This document shows positions 48,236 to 58,050 of a DNA stretch of 64,000 nt, in pieces. Position 1 is the first letter of the stretch, and each line of letters begins with the position of its first letter. Source of the DNA: Armatimonadota bacterium. Its GTDB lineage: Bacteria > Armatimonadota > Fimbriimonadia > Fimbriimonadales > GBS-DC. The notes below the pieces were generated by a model, which was not told the DNA's origin, did no database searches, and worked only from the letters and a program-made list of their open reading frames with translations. The DNA lies in NCBI GenBank assembly GCA_037445735.1, contig JBBIJY010000006.1, positions 1 through 64,000 on the forward strand. The letters run 5' to 3'. Made by a program: the position numbers and the translations under genes.

Positions 48236-49294
48236 TTACAGCCAGCCTTTGCGCCGAAAATAGAGCGTCAGCCCTATCGCGATGCCCAGCATCAGCAGCA
48301 TCACGGCGGGATAGCCCCAGCGCCAGTGCAGTTCAGGCATATAATCAAAGTTCATGCCGTACACGCCCACGATGAAGGTGATGGGCATGAAGATGGTGGC
48401 GATAATCGTGAGCGTTTTCATCACCTCGTTCAGGCGCGTGCTGGTCGCCGACAGGTGCAGCTCCACCAGGTTGCCCAGCATCTCGCGATAGGTGGTGAGG
48501 TTCTCGATCACATACATCAGGTGGTCGTACACATCGCGCATGTAGAGGCGGGTTCTCTCCTCGATGTAAGAGGTCTCGCCGCGGGCGAGCCAGCCGATTG
48601 CCTCGCGCAGGGGCCAGACCGCATGGTTGAACTCCAGCAGGGCATGCCGCCACGCCTGCACCCGCCTCAACATCGAGCCGTCTGTCCGCTCAATCAGAGC
48701 GCCTTCCAGCCGCTCGATCTGGTCGCCCACATGCTCCAGCACCACGAAGTAGTGGTCCACAATCGCGTCGATAAGCGAATATGCCAGGAAGTCGGCGCCG
48801 CGCGTGCGCAATCGGCTCTGGGGGGAGCGGAGCCGCTCGCGGATGGGGTCAAACAGCCCGCAATCGCGCTCCTGGAACGACAGCACGAAATCGGCGCCAA
48901 TCACAAGGCTGACCTGCTCCGACTCGATGCGGTGTGCGCGGGTATCGAAGGTGAGCGAGCGCATCACCAGATAGAGGTAGCCCTCGTACTCTTCAGCTTT
49001 GGGGCGCTGGTGCGTGTTGAGGATGTCCTCTAAAGTGAGCGGGTGCAGCTGGAAGGCTTCGGCAATCGTACGGATGGCGTCCACATCGTGCAGCCCCACC
49101 ACATCGAGCCACAGCAATGTGCCTTCCTGACGCAGGTGGGCACACTCGTCAGGGCGCACAGTGCGCTCTTCGAAGGTGGTCGGATTATAGCAATAGGCGC
49201 GGCAGGTGAGCTGCTCCACCTTCGGTCGCCCGATATATACGGGCGTGCCCGGCGGCAATCCCGCTTTTTGCCCGCGACCCTTCGGTTGATTCAT
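48236..49294 (-). CDS. corA: Magnesium/cobalt transporter CorA
   Basis: GLPPGTPVY, LHPLTLEDI...QRPK, EQVS, LNEVMKTLT, YGMNF..MPEL. Confidence 0.95.
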   Translation of the reverse strand: MNQPKGRGQKAGLPPGTPVYIGRPKVEQLTCRAYCYNPTTFEERTVRPDECAHLRQEGTLLWLDVVGLHDVDAIRTIAEAFQLHPLTLEDILNTHQRPKAEEYEGYLYLVMRSLTFDTRAHRIESEQVSLVIGADFVLSFQERDCGLFDPIRERLRSPQSRLRTRGADFLAYSLIDAIVDHYFVVLEHVGDQIERLEGALIERTDGSMLRRVQAWRHALLEFNHAVWPLREAIGWLARGETSYIEERTRLYMRDVYDHLMYVIENLTTYREMLGNLVELHLSATSTRLNEVMKTLTIIATIFMPITFIVGVYGMNFDYMPELHWRWGYPAVMLLMLGIAIGLTLYFRRKGWL

Positions 49295-49366
49295 CTGCCG
49301 TATCTCCTCTGGCAGCTTATCGCGTTCACGCTTAGCTCGACTCGTGAGATTGACCGTATAGCTCAA
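49295..49366 (-). pseudogene. RelE/ParE-like toxin N-terminal stub, in frame with corA
   Basis: TTG start overlapping upstream stop; MSYTVNLTSRAKRERDKLPEEIRQ resembles the beta1-alpha1 start of RelE/ParE proteins. Confidence 0.55.
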
Positions 49367-49716
49367 TCTGTCTCTTCTCTCTCTTCCAATAGGGCGTGCA
49401 GGTTAAATCGCTCGCCAGTATCCTGAAGGGTGTCCAGGAGCGCGCAGAGAGCATCGTATTCATCCTGGAGTTCAGGGGGTAGCATTTCCCAGTCGAACTC
49501 GCCGTAACGGCGGATGCAATCCTGTTCAATCTCGCGGATGCGTGCAAGCGCTTTCGCGCCGTTCTCCATACCGGGTGGCCAGAGGGCTGGATCCGTGATG
49601 TTTGCCTGCACCAGCAACTGGATATAGACCGCTGTTTCGAGCCGAACAGCGGTGGGCTTGCCCGCTGAATCGGTCTCGAACTGCGGTCGGTTCGACATGG
49701 TTGGGCTGGTTGCCAT
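49363..49716 (-). CDS. Hypothetical protein, putative antitoxin
   Basis: 117 aa, acidic; QFETDSAGKPTAVRL N-terminus; stop coupled to the toxin-like stub. Confidence 0.5.
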   Translation of the reverse strand: MATSPTMSNRPQFETDSAGKPTAVRLETAVYIQLLVQANITDPALWPPGMENGAKALARIREIEQDCIRRYGEFDWEMLPPELQDEYDALCALLDTLQDTGERFNLHALLEEREETD

Positions 49717-49740
49717 TTATCTCACCATCTGTAGGATACC

Positions 49741-50229
49741 CTATCTCCCTGAAGCCATCTGTTTGAGGAACGCGCCATATTCAGGCGTGTCGAGGTCGTC
49801 AAGCCACATGATCAGCGCGTCTTCGCCGTCGTCGTAGTAGCGTTTACGGATGCCGACGGGTCGGAAGCCGAACTTTTTGTAGAGGTTCTGGGCGGGCGTG
49901 TTGTTAGCGCGCACCTCCAGCGTGGCGCGACGCATTCCGCGCTCGCGCGCGGTGGCAAGCAGGCGATGCAGCAGCCGCCTGCCGAAGCCCTGCTGCTGAT
50001 ATTCGGGCTCCACCGCAATGTTGGTGATATGAAACTCGTCCACGATGAACCAGCCGCCCGCATAGCCCACGATTTTGCCGTCCATGCGCAGAATCAGATA
50101 GAGCGCGGCGGGGTTGCGCAGGTCGCGTCGGAACGCCTCCTCCGACCAGCCCGGCTGGAACACCCTGCGCTCGATGCGCATCACTTCGGGCAGATGTTCC
50201 TCCCGCATCGGCTCGATGGTGATGGTCAT
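49741..50229 (-). CDS. rimI: Ribosomal protein S18 alanine N-acetyltransferase
   Basis: HITNIAV...QQQGFG, TLEVRANN..AQNLYKKFGF, RKRYY...EDALIM. Confidence 0.9.
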   Translation of the reverse strand: MTITIEPMREEHLPEVMRIERRVFQPGWSEEAFRRDLRNPAALYLILRMDGKIVGYAGGWFIVDEFHITNIAVEPEYQQQGFGRRLLHRLLATARERGMRRATLEVRANNTPAQNLYKKFGFRPVGIRKRYYDDGEDALIMWLDDLDTPEYGAFLKQMASGR

Positions 50230-50247
50230 CCGCGAGATTGTACCTCG

Positions 50248-51309
50248 CTATGGCAGTTCCACGCTGCTGCTATCGCCCAGCATCAGGCGCAGGGCGCGCG
50301 GGCGACGCGCCCTGCCCGACACCAGCACATTCTTGCCCAGCAGGCTCCCTTCGATGCGCGCCTCAATCTGCTCGATACGGCTGCCGTCCAGCACGATGCT
50401 GTACTCGATCTCGCACGCACGCAGCTGCACCCCATCGCCGATGGAGGTAAACGGACCCACATAGCACTCTTCGAGCGTGCAGTCGCGCCCGATGATGGCG
50501 GGACCCCGCACAGTGCAGCGCACGAGTCGGCTGCCTGCGCCGACGACCACCCGCCCGTGCAGCTGGCTCTCCACCAGCTCGCCCGCCACTTCGCCCTCCA
50601 GATCCTCCAGCACGAGGCGGTTCGCCTCCAGCAGCGCGTCGAGACTGCCGGTGTCCTTCCACCAGCCTGTGATGGTGTGCGAGCGCACCGTGTAGCCGTG
50701 ATCGATCAGATACTGAATGGCGTCGGTGATTTCGAGTTCGTTCCGCCATGAGGGTTTGATCGCGCGGGCGGCTTCGAAGATGTGGTGGTCGAACAGGTAG
50801 ACGCCGACCAGCGCGAAGTTCGAGGGTGGCGCGCTCGGTTTTTCGATGAGTTTGACCACGCGCCGTCCGCGCAGCACCGCCACGCCGAACTCCTGCGGGT
50901 TGGGCACCTCCGCCAGCAGGATCAGCGCGTTGGGGCGGTCGCGCTCGAACTCGCGCACCAGCGGCGCAATACTGGATTTGACGATATTATCGCCCAGATA
51001 CATCACGAAGGGCGTCTGACCCAGATAGGGTTCCGCGACCAGCACGGCGTGCGCCAGCCCCAGCGGTTCCGGTTGCGGGATGTAGGTCACCTGCAGTCCC
51101 CATCGGGCGCCGTCGCCGACCGCTGCCTGAATCTCAGCGGCGGTCTCGCCCACGATGATGCCCACTTCGCGGATGCCCGCCTGCGCGACGGCTTCCAGCC
51201 CGTAGAACAGCACGGGCTTGTTCGCGACGGGCACGAGCTGCTTCGCCATGCTGTAGGTGATGGGGCGCAGGCGCGTGCCTCTGCCACCGGCCAGTATCAA
51301 CGCTTTCAT
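50248..51309 (-). CDS. rfbA: Glucose-1-phosphate thymidylyltransferase (long form)
   Basis: LAGGRGTRLRPITYSMAKQLVPVANKP, PLGLAHAV, YLGDN, ELEITDAI, WWKDTG; C-terminal LbH region. Confidence 0.9.
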   Translation of the reverse strand: MKALILAGGRGTRLRPITYSMAKQLVPVANKPVLFYGLEAVAQAGIREVGIIVGETAAEIQAAVGDGARWGLQVTYIPQPEPLGLAHAVLVAEPYLGQTPFVMYLGDNIVKSSIAPLVREFERDRPNALILLAEVPNPQEFGVAVLRGRRVVKLIEKPSAPPSNFALVGVYLFDHHIFEAARAIKPSWRNELEITDAIQYLIDHGYTVRSHTITGWWKDTGSLDALLEANRLVLEDLEGEVAGELVESQLHGRVVVGAGSRLVRCTVRGPAIIGRDCTLEECYVGPFTSIGDGVQLRACEIEYSIVLDGSRIEQIEARIEGSLLGKNVLVSGRARRPRALRLMLGDSSSVELP

Positions 51310-52382
51310 CGAAGCAGGCTCATGAGCCAGATGCGCCATACCTGCCAGAAGGCGGTGCTGTAGAGTGCCAGCGTCGTGGCGAGGGCGCGCGCTCGTTGCA
51401 GCCATTCGCGCCCCACCGACTGGCTGCTCGCCCGCGATTTGAGATGCTCGTTCAGCCAGCTCGTGATGGCGTTCAGCACATTGGGCATCTCGGCAGGCGG
51501 CGGCACATGCCCGCCTTTGTACCAGATAATCTTCTTCGGTTCACGCGCAGCTTCGTGCAGGGCTTTATTGGAGTCGACGGGCACCACATCGTCCGCATCG
51601 CCGTTGATCATCAGCACAGGGCGCGGGCTGATGCGCCCCACCCACAGCACAGGGTCCACCACCTCCATCGCCCGAAGCGCCTCTTCAATCTCCTTACTGG
51701 AGCGATTCTGACGGAAGACCGACAGCACGCTTTTTTCCATCAGAATCTTCCAGTTGCCGCCGGCGACCAGCAGCACGGGCGCCTGCACGCGCTCGTCCAC
51801 GCCCGCAAAAATCGCGCCCAGTATGCCGCCCATGCTCGCGCCGATGTAGCCGATGCGTTTCGGGTCGATCTCAGGGCGTGTTTCGAGATAGTCCAGCGCC
51901 CGGCGCAGGTCAATCACAGTCTGGATCAGCGCGTCACGCGAATAGTAGGGATAGATGCCAAAGAAGGGCAATGGCTCTTTCGGCTTACGCTCGCCGTGAT
52001 ACTGCGCATCGATGGCGAAGAGCGCGTAGCCGGCGTTCGTGAGCATCGGCCAGAGCATCTTGAACATCGTCTTATCACCGCCCAGCCCGTGCATCAGTAT
52101 CACGCAGGGCAGTTTCTGCCCTTCGGGGCGGTTTTTGGGCAGCACCAGAAAGGCGGGCACACGCTGATCGCGCGCACTGCGATAGACCACCTTGTAGCAG
52201 ATGTAGCTGGCGGTCTCTTCGGCGGTCGACACTTCGGGGCTAAGCGGCAGGTTTTTGTCGTAGCCGAATATCCAGTCGGGGTCGGGCACGCGCGGCGCAT
52301 TATTCTGCGCCTGCGTGCAACCCGTCAGCATCATGAGCGCCCATAAGCCCGCAAGCGAGAGCAACGGCTTGAATCTCATCAT
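51306..52382 (-). CDS. Alpha/beta hydrolase, probable lipoprotein
   Basis: Lipobox LTGC; HGLGG, GASMGG nucleophile, D..VP, GGH. Confidence 0.85.
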   Translation of the reverse strand: MMRFKPLLSLAGLWALMMLTGCTQAQNNAPRVPDPDWIFGYDKNLPLSPEVSTAEETASYICYKVVYRSARDQRVPAFLVLPKNRPEGQKLPCVILMHGLGGDKTMFKMLWPMLTNAGYALFAIDAQYHGERKPKEPLPFFGIYPYYSRDALIQTVIDLRRALDYLETRPEIDPKRIGYIGASMGGILGAIFAGVDERVQAPVLLVAGGNWKILMEKSVLSVFRQNRSSKEIEEALRAMEVVDPVLWVGRISPRPVLMINGDADDVVPVDSNKALHEAAREPKKIIWYKGGHVPPPAEMPNVLNAITSWLNEHLKSRASSQSVGREWLQRARALATTLALYSTAFWQVWRIWLMSLLR

Positions 52383-52419
52383 GGCTGTTGATTTTCGGGA
52401 GTGCGGGCACAAATCCTGC

Positions 52420-52785
52420 TTACTCGACAGGCGAAAAGGCGTCGGGATAGTGGCGAATCTGGGGGCGGTGGGCGCGGAGATCGACCACCACCACATCGAA
52501 ACGGCACTCCTCATAGGGCAGGGTCGGGTTCTCGTCCAGAAAGCGCTGGGCGAGGCGGGTCAGCTGACGCTGCTTGCGCTCGTCGACGCTCTCTTCAGGG
52601 CTGCCGAGGGTATCGGAGCGGCGGGTCTTCACCTCCACAAACACCAGCGTTGCGCCCTGCATCGCGACGAGATCCAGCTCGCCCTCGCGACGGCGCCAGT
52701 TGCGGGCAAGCAGGCAGTAGCCCTGTTGCTGGAGCCATTCCGCCGCCGCCTGCTCGCCCCATCGCCCCAGCACGCTTCGTTTCAT
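52420..52785 (-). CDS. yraN: YraN family endonuclease (UPF0102)
   Basis: G..GEQAA..WL..GY..LARNW..GELDLVA..LVFVEVKTR, RFDVV. Confidence 0.92.
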   Translation of the reverse strand: MKRSVLGRWGEQAAAEWLQQQGYCLLARNWRRREGELDLVAMQGATLVFVEVKTRRSDTLGSPEESVDERKQRQLTRLAQRFLDENPTLPYEECRFDVVVVDLRAHRPQIRHYPDAFSPVE

Positions 52786-54455
52786 TCGCCTGTCTGACCG
52801 AAGTTGAACAGCACCAGCAACAGATCGGCGTCATCTACGACGCCGTTCCCATCCAGATCGGCGGGCAGGTTCGTGCCGCTCTGCCCGAACGCGAACAGCA
52901 CCTGCAGCAGGTCGGCATCATCAATCCCATTATCGCCGTTTATATCGCCTGGCACCAGAGTCACATTCACATTTGTCAGCCCTGGATAGCGCACCCGCTG
53001 GTTGGCGACCCGCTTCAGCAGTGTGCCCTGTGCGCGGATAGCCAGATCATAGTAGCCCAGATAGTTGAAGAAGCTCACGCTGTAGGCGCCCGTGCTACTG
53101 GCGGTCGTGTTCGCGGTTGCCAGCACGGTGCTGCTGTTGAGCGGGCGCAGCTTGACCTCCACAGGGCGACCGTTGTAGGAGCCAGTGAAGCCATTAATTG
53201 TGATGCGCCCGCTGATGGGCACGGTCAACGCCTGCTGAACGGCATTCGAGACGCTGATGCGCCCGTATGCCACATAGTTGCCCGGCACGGGCACGGCGGT
53301 CGACTCGATCAGGGTGCGCACCGCCTGCGCCCGCGCCTGACTGCGGTCTGAGGGTCCGTCGGCAACCAGCGGATAAAGCAGCAGCGCCTGCGCCGCGACC
53401 ATCGGGGCGGCATACGAGGTGTAGCCGTCCCTGTTACGACTGTAGCCTCCTGATCGGGTGGTCGAATAGACATCCCCGCTGGGCGCCGCGACATCGACCC
53501 AGCTGCCATAGGTGGAGACGCTCGATTTTGTGTCGTCCAGATTGCAGGCGGCGACGGCGATGCAGACCGGGTAGTAGGCAGGATAGAAGGGGTTCGTGTT
53601 GTTATTGTTGCCCGCGGCAGCGACAATCACCACGCCTGCGCTCCAGGCGTTATTCAGCGCCGTCTGCAGGCTGGACATCGGCGTGTCGCTTCCAATGCTC
53701 AGATTAATCACATGCGCGCCCTGCGCGACAGCGTAGCTGATGCCATCCAGAAGGTCGCTCAAGAAGCCCTGTCCCGCATCGTTGAACACTTTCACGGGCA
53801 GCACCCTGCCTTCAGGTGCGATGCAGGCGACGCCGATGCCATTATTGGTCACCGCGCCCGCTATCCCTGCCACGAAAGTGCCGTGCCCGAACGGATCGCT
53901 GGGGTCATTATCGTCGTTGCCGAAGTCGTAGCCAGGAAGGAGCTTCGCCTGCAGGTCGGGATGCGTGCGCAACACCCCTGTGTCCAGCGGGGCAACAATA
54001 AACTGGCTGCTGCCGCGCCAGTAGTCCCACGCCTGCGGGCAGCCGATATGGGGCAGTGCAGGTTGCTGCGGATAGAGCGGGTCATTCGGTGTCCAGTCGG
54101 CTAACTGCAGCTCCCAGTTCAGGTCGGCAATCGCCACCCAGCCCGACTGGAGCAGCTGGGCGCACAGCGCGGGCACATCAGCGAGCGGATTGACCTGCCA
54201 GAGCTCGATGCCCAGCCAGTCGCTGGTGCTCAATACGCGCGCGCCAGCCATCTGGCGCACCCACGCCCGCTGAATTGGGGGCACATCGTCGCGAAACTTC
54301 ACCAGCAGCTGCCCCGGCGCATAGCGCGACTCATGGCTCTGCCTGCTCAAGGCGAACGGCAGGCGTTGCGGGAACAACCGCCCTGCCCCCAACTCATCGG
54401 CAAATGCCTGCCAGCAACAGACCAGAAGCATAAAGAGCGCGATTCCCTTTCGCAT
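52782..54455 (-). CDS. Secreted S8 subtilisin/thermitase-like serine peptidase with C-terminal dockerin-like module
   Basis: LLVKF propeptide; LDTGV, GHGTFVAG, AAAGN, YTSYAAP; GDINGDNGIDDADLLQVLFAFG...DLDGNGVVDDADLLLVLFNFG. Confidence 0.9.
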   Translation of the reverse strand: MRKGIALFMLLVCCWQAFADELGAGRLFPQRLPFALSRQSHESRYAPGQLLVKFRDDVPPIQRAWVRQMAGARVLSTSDWLGIELWQVNPLADVPALCAQLLQSGWVAIADLNWELQLADWTPNDPLYPQQPALPHIGCPQAWDYWRGSSQFIVAPLDTGVLRTHPDLQAKLLPGYDFGNDDNDPSDPFGHGTFVAGIAGAVTNNGIGVACIAPEGRVLPVKVFNDAGQGFLSDLLDGISYAVAQGAHVINLSIGSDTPMSSLQTALNNAWSAGVVIVAAAGNNNNTNPFYPAYYPVCIAVAACNLDDTKSSVSTYGSWVDVAAPSGDVYSTTRSGGYSRNRDGYTSYAAPMVAAQALLLYPLVADGPSDRSQARAQAVRTLIESTAVPVPGNYVAYGRISVSNAVQQALTVPISGRITINGFTGSYNGRPVEVKLRPLNSSTVLATANTTASSTGAYSVSFFNYLGYYDLAIRAQGTLLKRVANQRVRYPGLTNVNVTLVPGDINGDNGIDDADLLQVLFAFGQSGTNLPADLDGNGVVDDADLLLVLFNFGQTGE

Positions 54456-54517
54456 CGGTTGACCTCCGCTCTATTATACACCAGTCGGGCTGGTTTCAAA
54501 CGCGCCGTCGCCGCGCC

Positions 54518-54534
54518 TTAACATCCCGTTAACA
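54518..54534 (+). promoter_or_regulatory. Putative Pho box
   Basis: TTAACA-TCCCG-TTAACA direct repeat (11-bp period) immediately upstream of pstB. Confidence 0.6.
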
Positions 54535-54559
54535 TCGAATCGGGTATTACTCTCTGGAA

Positions 54560-55372
54560 ATGGCGGATCGGTTTGGCGTGGAGCTGTTGCCGATGGAGCA
54601 GGAGAAACAGGTGGAGCCGCCCGCGCGCATCCTCACGCGCGGACTGAATGTCTATTATGGCAGCTTCCACGCGCTCAAAAATGTGGATATCGAAATCAAA
54701 GCGAACAGCATCACCGCTTTGATTGGTCCCTCTGGCTGCGGCAAAAGCACCTTCCTGCGCTGTCTGAACCGCATGAACGACTTAATTGAAGGGGCGCGGG
54801 TGACGGGCGAGGTGATTCTCGACGGCAAGAACATCTATGACCCTGATGTGGATGTGGTGGAGTTGCGCAAGCGGGTGGGGATGGTGTTCCAGAAGCCGAA
54901 CCCGTTCCCGATGAGCATCTACGATAATGTCGCCTACGGTCCGCGCATGCATGGCATTCGCGATCGGCGCGTGCTGGACGAAATTGTGGAGCAGAGCCTC
55001 AAGCGTGCCGCGCTGTGGAACGAGGTCAAGGATAAGCTGCGCCAGTCGGGGCTGGCGCTTTCGGGCGGACAGCAGCAGCGACTCTGCATCGCCCGCGTGC
55101 TGGCGGTCAACCCCGAAGTGATTCTGATGGACGAGCCGACCTCCGCGCTGGACCCGACCGCCACCTTCTATATCGAAGAGCTGCTGACCGAACTCAAATC
55201 GGAATACACGATTGTGATTGTTACGCACGGCATGCAGCAGGCGGCGCGAATCTCCGACTACACAGGCTTCTTCCTGAACGGTGTCCTGCACGAGTTCAAC
55301 ACCACCGAGAAAATCTTCACCGTGCCCGATAAACGCGAGACCGAAGACTACATTCGCGGGCGGTTCGGATAA
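54560..55372 (+). CDS. pstB: Phosphate ABC transporter ATP-binding protein
   Basis: [57 protein letters not shown]. Confidence 0.95.
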   Translation: MADRFGVELLPMEQEKQVEPPARILTRGLNVYYGSFHALKNVDIEIKANSITALIGPSGCGKSTFLRCLNRMNDLIEGARVTGEVILDGKNIYDPDVDVVELRKRVGMVFQKPNPFPMSIYDNVAYGPRMHGIRDRRVLDEIVEQSLKRAALWNEVKDKLRQSGLALSGGQQQRLCIARVLAVNPEVILMDEPTSALDPTATFYIEELLTELKSEYTIVIVTHGMQQAARISDYTGFFLNGVLHEFNTTEKIFTVPDKRETEDYIRGRFG

Positions 55373-55442
55373 CTGACCGCCTCGCCCCAATAGCAGGCAA
55401 TGCCCCTCTTCTGAAGTATAATAGCGGTGAGGAGGAACTCAT

Positions 55443-56411
55443 ATGCGACGGACAGGGTTTACCTTAATAGAGCTGCTGGTTGTTATTGCGATTATCGCGA
55501 TTCTGGCGGCGATCCTGTTCCCTGTGTTTGCGCAGGCGCGGGAGATGGCGCGCCAGATTAACTGTGGCAGCCGTTTCTATCAGGTTGCGCGTTCGGTTGT
55601 GATGTACTCTGGCGACTACGAGACCATGCAGCCGCTGACCCAGTGGTTTGCCTCGTTTGCCGGGGATCCCGAGGAGGCGGAGTGTCGGGATCGGATTCTG
55701 GCGCAGCTGCTCATGCCATATATCAAGAACTGGACGGTGTTTCGCTGCCCTTCGGATCCGCAGGCAACGGATGAGATTCTGGATGCCTGCCCCTATGATG
55801 GCGAGCCGCGTCCGCAGCGTCAGTGCGCACGCGAACATCGCTGGGCGCTCAAAACGGACCTCGGCTACAACTATGTCTATCTGTCGCCTATCATGACGGG
55901 CAGCTATCCCAGCTCGAATGGCTGGGCGAATGTGCCTGCATCCGATGCTCGCATCAAGAACCCTGCGAGCACGATTGTGTTTGTTGATAGCCTCTGGTGG
56001 CGCGATCCGAACACCCGCCAGCCCCAGTGCGGTGGCAACTGGATTGTGATGCCGCCCTGCCGCTGGTGGTATGATGCCGCGGGCAACCGCATCGACAGCT
56101 TCACCATTGTCCGCGAGGAGTGCAGTAGTGGACGCGCCACAGGATGGTATCAATACCGCGGACAGGGCTGCAGCAATCCGCTCCCCGCCTGCTGGATGCT
56201 GGAGAACGCGCGCGGCTGGTACACCTGGATGGAGTTTGGCGGTTCCTGGCCGTGGCACCGCTCCGAGCGGATGATGGTCGCCTTCGTCGACGGGCACTCC
56301 AAAGTGTACACACCTCGCCAGCTGGCTCAGGGCTGCGAGCTGATGTCGATGTGCCGCGGGCGTATTACCAACCCCCAGCAATATCTGTGGGACCTGGACG
56401 ACTACTACTGA
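55443..56411 (+). CDS. Prepilin-type N-methylation domain protein with H-X9-DG-like C-terminus (DUF1559-like)
   Basis: [55 protein letters not shown]. Confidence 0.9.
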   Translation: MRRTGFTLIELLVVIAIIAILAAILFPVFAQAREMARQINCGSRFYQVARSVVMYSGDYETMQPLTQWFASFAGDPEEAECRDRILAQLLMPYIKNWTVFRCPSDPQATDEILDACPYDGEPRPQRQCAREHRWALKTDLGYNYVYLSPIMTGSYPSSNGWANVPASDARIKNPASTIVFVDSLWWRDPNTRQPQCGGNWIVMPPCRWWYDAAGNRIDSFTIVREECSSGRATGWYQYRGQGCSNPLPACWMLENARGWYTWMEFGGSWPWHRSERMMVAFVDGHSKVYTPRQLAQGCELMSMCRGRITNPQQYLWDLDDYY

Positions 56412-56421
56412 GGAGACCTCT

Positions 56422-56631
56422 ATGGAAATTCCCAAACCAGTTGCCTGGGCGATTATTATCGTGGTGGCTCTGCTGGCAATCGGCACGGCGTGGTACTTCT
56501 CTGGAGGAGGTGGTCGTGCCTCCGGGCAGGTCTCGCGCGATGCCTATCCGGAAGTGAAGGGCGAGATGCGCCTGCCCGATAGCGAACTCCAGCAGGGTCC
56601 ACCACCCCTGCCAGGTGTCGGCGGGCGTTAG
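56422..56631 (+). CDS. Small single-TM, Pro/Gly-rich protein coupled to the prepilin-like gene
   Basis: GAGGAG SD; MEIPKPVAWAIIIVVALLAIG. Confidence 0.7.
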   Translation: MEIPKPVAWAIIIVVALLAIGTAWYFSGGGGRASGQVSRDAYPEVKGEMRLPDSELQQGPPPLPGVGGR

Positions 56632-56719
56632 AATCGAACCGAGCCAGTAATCAGGCGTCTAAAAGCCCTGCGGGAGGTACACCCGTGCGTGTGCCTCCCT
56701 GTTGTGGCAGGTGAGTCCG

Positions 56720-58030
56720 ATGGAGAAAAAAGTGGATCAATCGTTGCAAGAGTCGCTGGAGGAGCCGTGCCCGCTGTGCGAGCGCCCATCGGGCGACTTC
56801 TGGGCGGCAGAGATGTCGCGCCGCCAGTTTCTGCGCGCGGGCTTCACGCTGGTCGCCGTCGGGCTGGCTGCCCCACCCTGGCTGGCGCAGCTCGCCCGCG
56901 CCGATGCCACCCAGCTGGTGAAGGGCAAAAAGCTGCCCAACGACCGCATCCTCGTCGTGCTGCAACTCACAGGCGGCAACGACGGGCTGAACACCGTCAT
57001 CCCCTACACCGACCCGCTCTATTATCAGGCGCGCCCGACGCTGGCAATCCCCGATTCGCGCGTGCTGCCACTTGCTGACCGAATCGGGCTGCACCCTGCG
57101 CTGGAGGGTCTCAAAGCGCTCTATGAACAGCGCGTGGTCGCTATCCTGCAGGGCGTGGGCTATCCGAACCCAAACCGCTCACACTTCCGCTCGATGGAGA
57201 TCTGGCAGACCGCCGATCCCGACGGCTACAGTCGCTACGGCTGGCTCGGACGCTACCTGGACACCTTAACCGATGCCGCTGCCAACCCCGTGATTGCCGT
57301 CAGCTTCACCCAGGAGCTGCCGCTGGCGTTGCAGGCGAAGCGGGTATCCGTGCCATGCTTTGCCAGCCTGGGCGACCTGCAACTGATGACGGGCGACCCC
57401 GATCTGGAGCGCACCGTGAAAGCGATTGCCCAGATGGACGCCAGACCCACCAGCGCCACACGCCTTATCCGCGAATCGACGCGCACCGCGCTGGAAGCCG
57501 TTGAGCGACTGCGTGAAGCCGTGCGCAACTACCGCTCGCAGGTGGAATACCCGAACGACCCGTTCGGACAGGGTCTCAAGCAGGCAGCCCAGCTGATTGC
57601 CACCTCGCCCCAGACGCGCATCCTCTATGTGTCGGTGAACGGCTTCGACACGCACGCAGCGCAGGCACGCACGCACGAGCAACTGCTCCAGCGGTTCGGC
57701 AACGCCGTGCGCGCCTTCTATCAGGATCTGGAAGGGCAGGGCAAGGCAGATAAGGTGCTGCTGATGGTCTTCTCGGAGTTCGGACGGCGCGTGCGCGAGA
57801 ACGGCAGCGCGGGCACCGACCACGGCGCCGCCGCCCCCATGTTCCTCATCGGCAAGCAGGTCAAAGGCGGGCTGTACGGCGAGCCGCCTAACCTGCGTGA
57901 ACTGGACAATAACGGCGACATCCGCATGCAGACCGACTTCCGCAGCGCGTACGCCACCGTGCTGGAATGGCTCGGCGGCGATCCCGAAAAGGTGCTGGGT
58001 AAGGCATTCCGACCTGTGCCCGTGATCTGA
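56720..58030 (+). CDS. DUF1501 family protein with Tat signal
   Basis: SRRQFL; LTGGNDGLNTVIP, PNRSHF, GFDTH, SEFGRRVRENGSAGTDHG, DFRS.Y. Confidence 0.9.
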   Translation: MEKKVDQSLQESLEEPCPLCERPSGDFWAAEMSRRQFLRAGFTLVAVGLAAPPWLAQLARADATQLVKGKKLPNDRILVVLQLTGGNDGLNTVIPYTDPLYYQARPTLAIPDSRVLPLADRIGLHPALEGLKALYEQRVVAILQGVGYPNPNRSHFRSMEIWQTADPDGYSRYGWLGRYLDTLTDAAANPVIAVSFTQELPLALQAKRVSVPCFASLGDLQLMTGDPDLERTVKAIAQMDARPTSATRLIRESTRTALEAVERLREAVRNYRSQVEYPNDPFGQGLKQAAQLIATSPQTRILYVSVNGFDTHAAQARTHEQLLQRFGNAVRAFYQDLEGQGKADKVLLMVFSEFGRRVRENGSAGTDHGAAAPMFLIGKQVKGGLYGEPPNLRELDNNGDIRMQTDFRSAYATVLEWLGGDPEKVLGKAFRPVPVI

Positions 58031-58050
58031 AATCGGGTACAACTGTCCTG

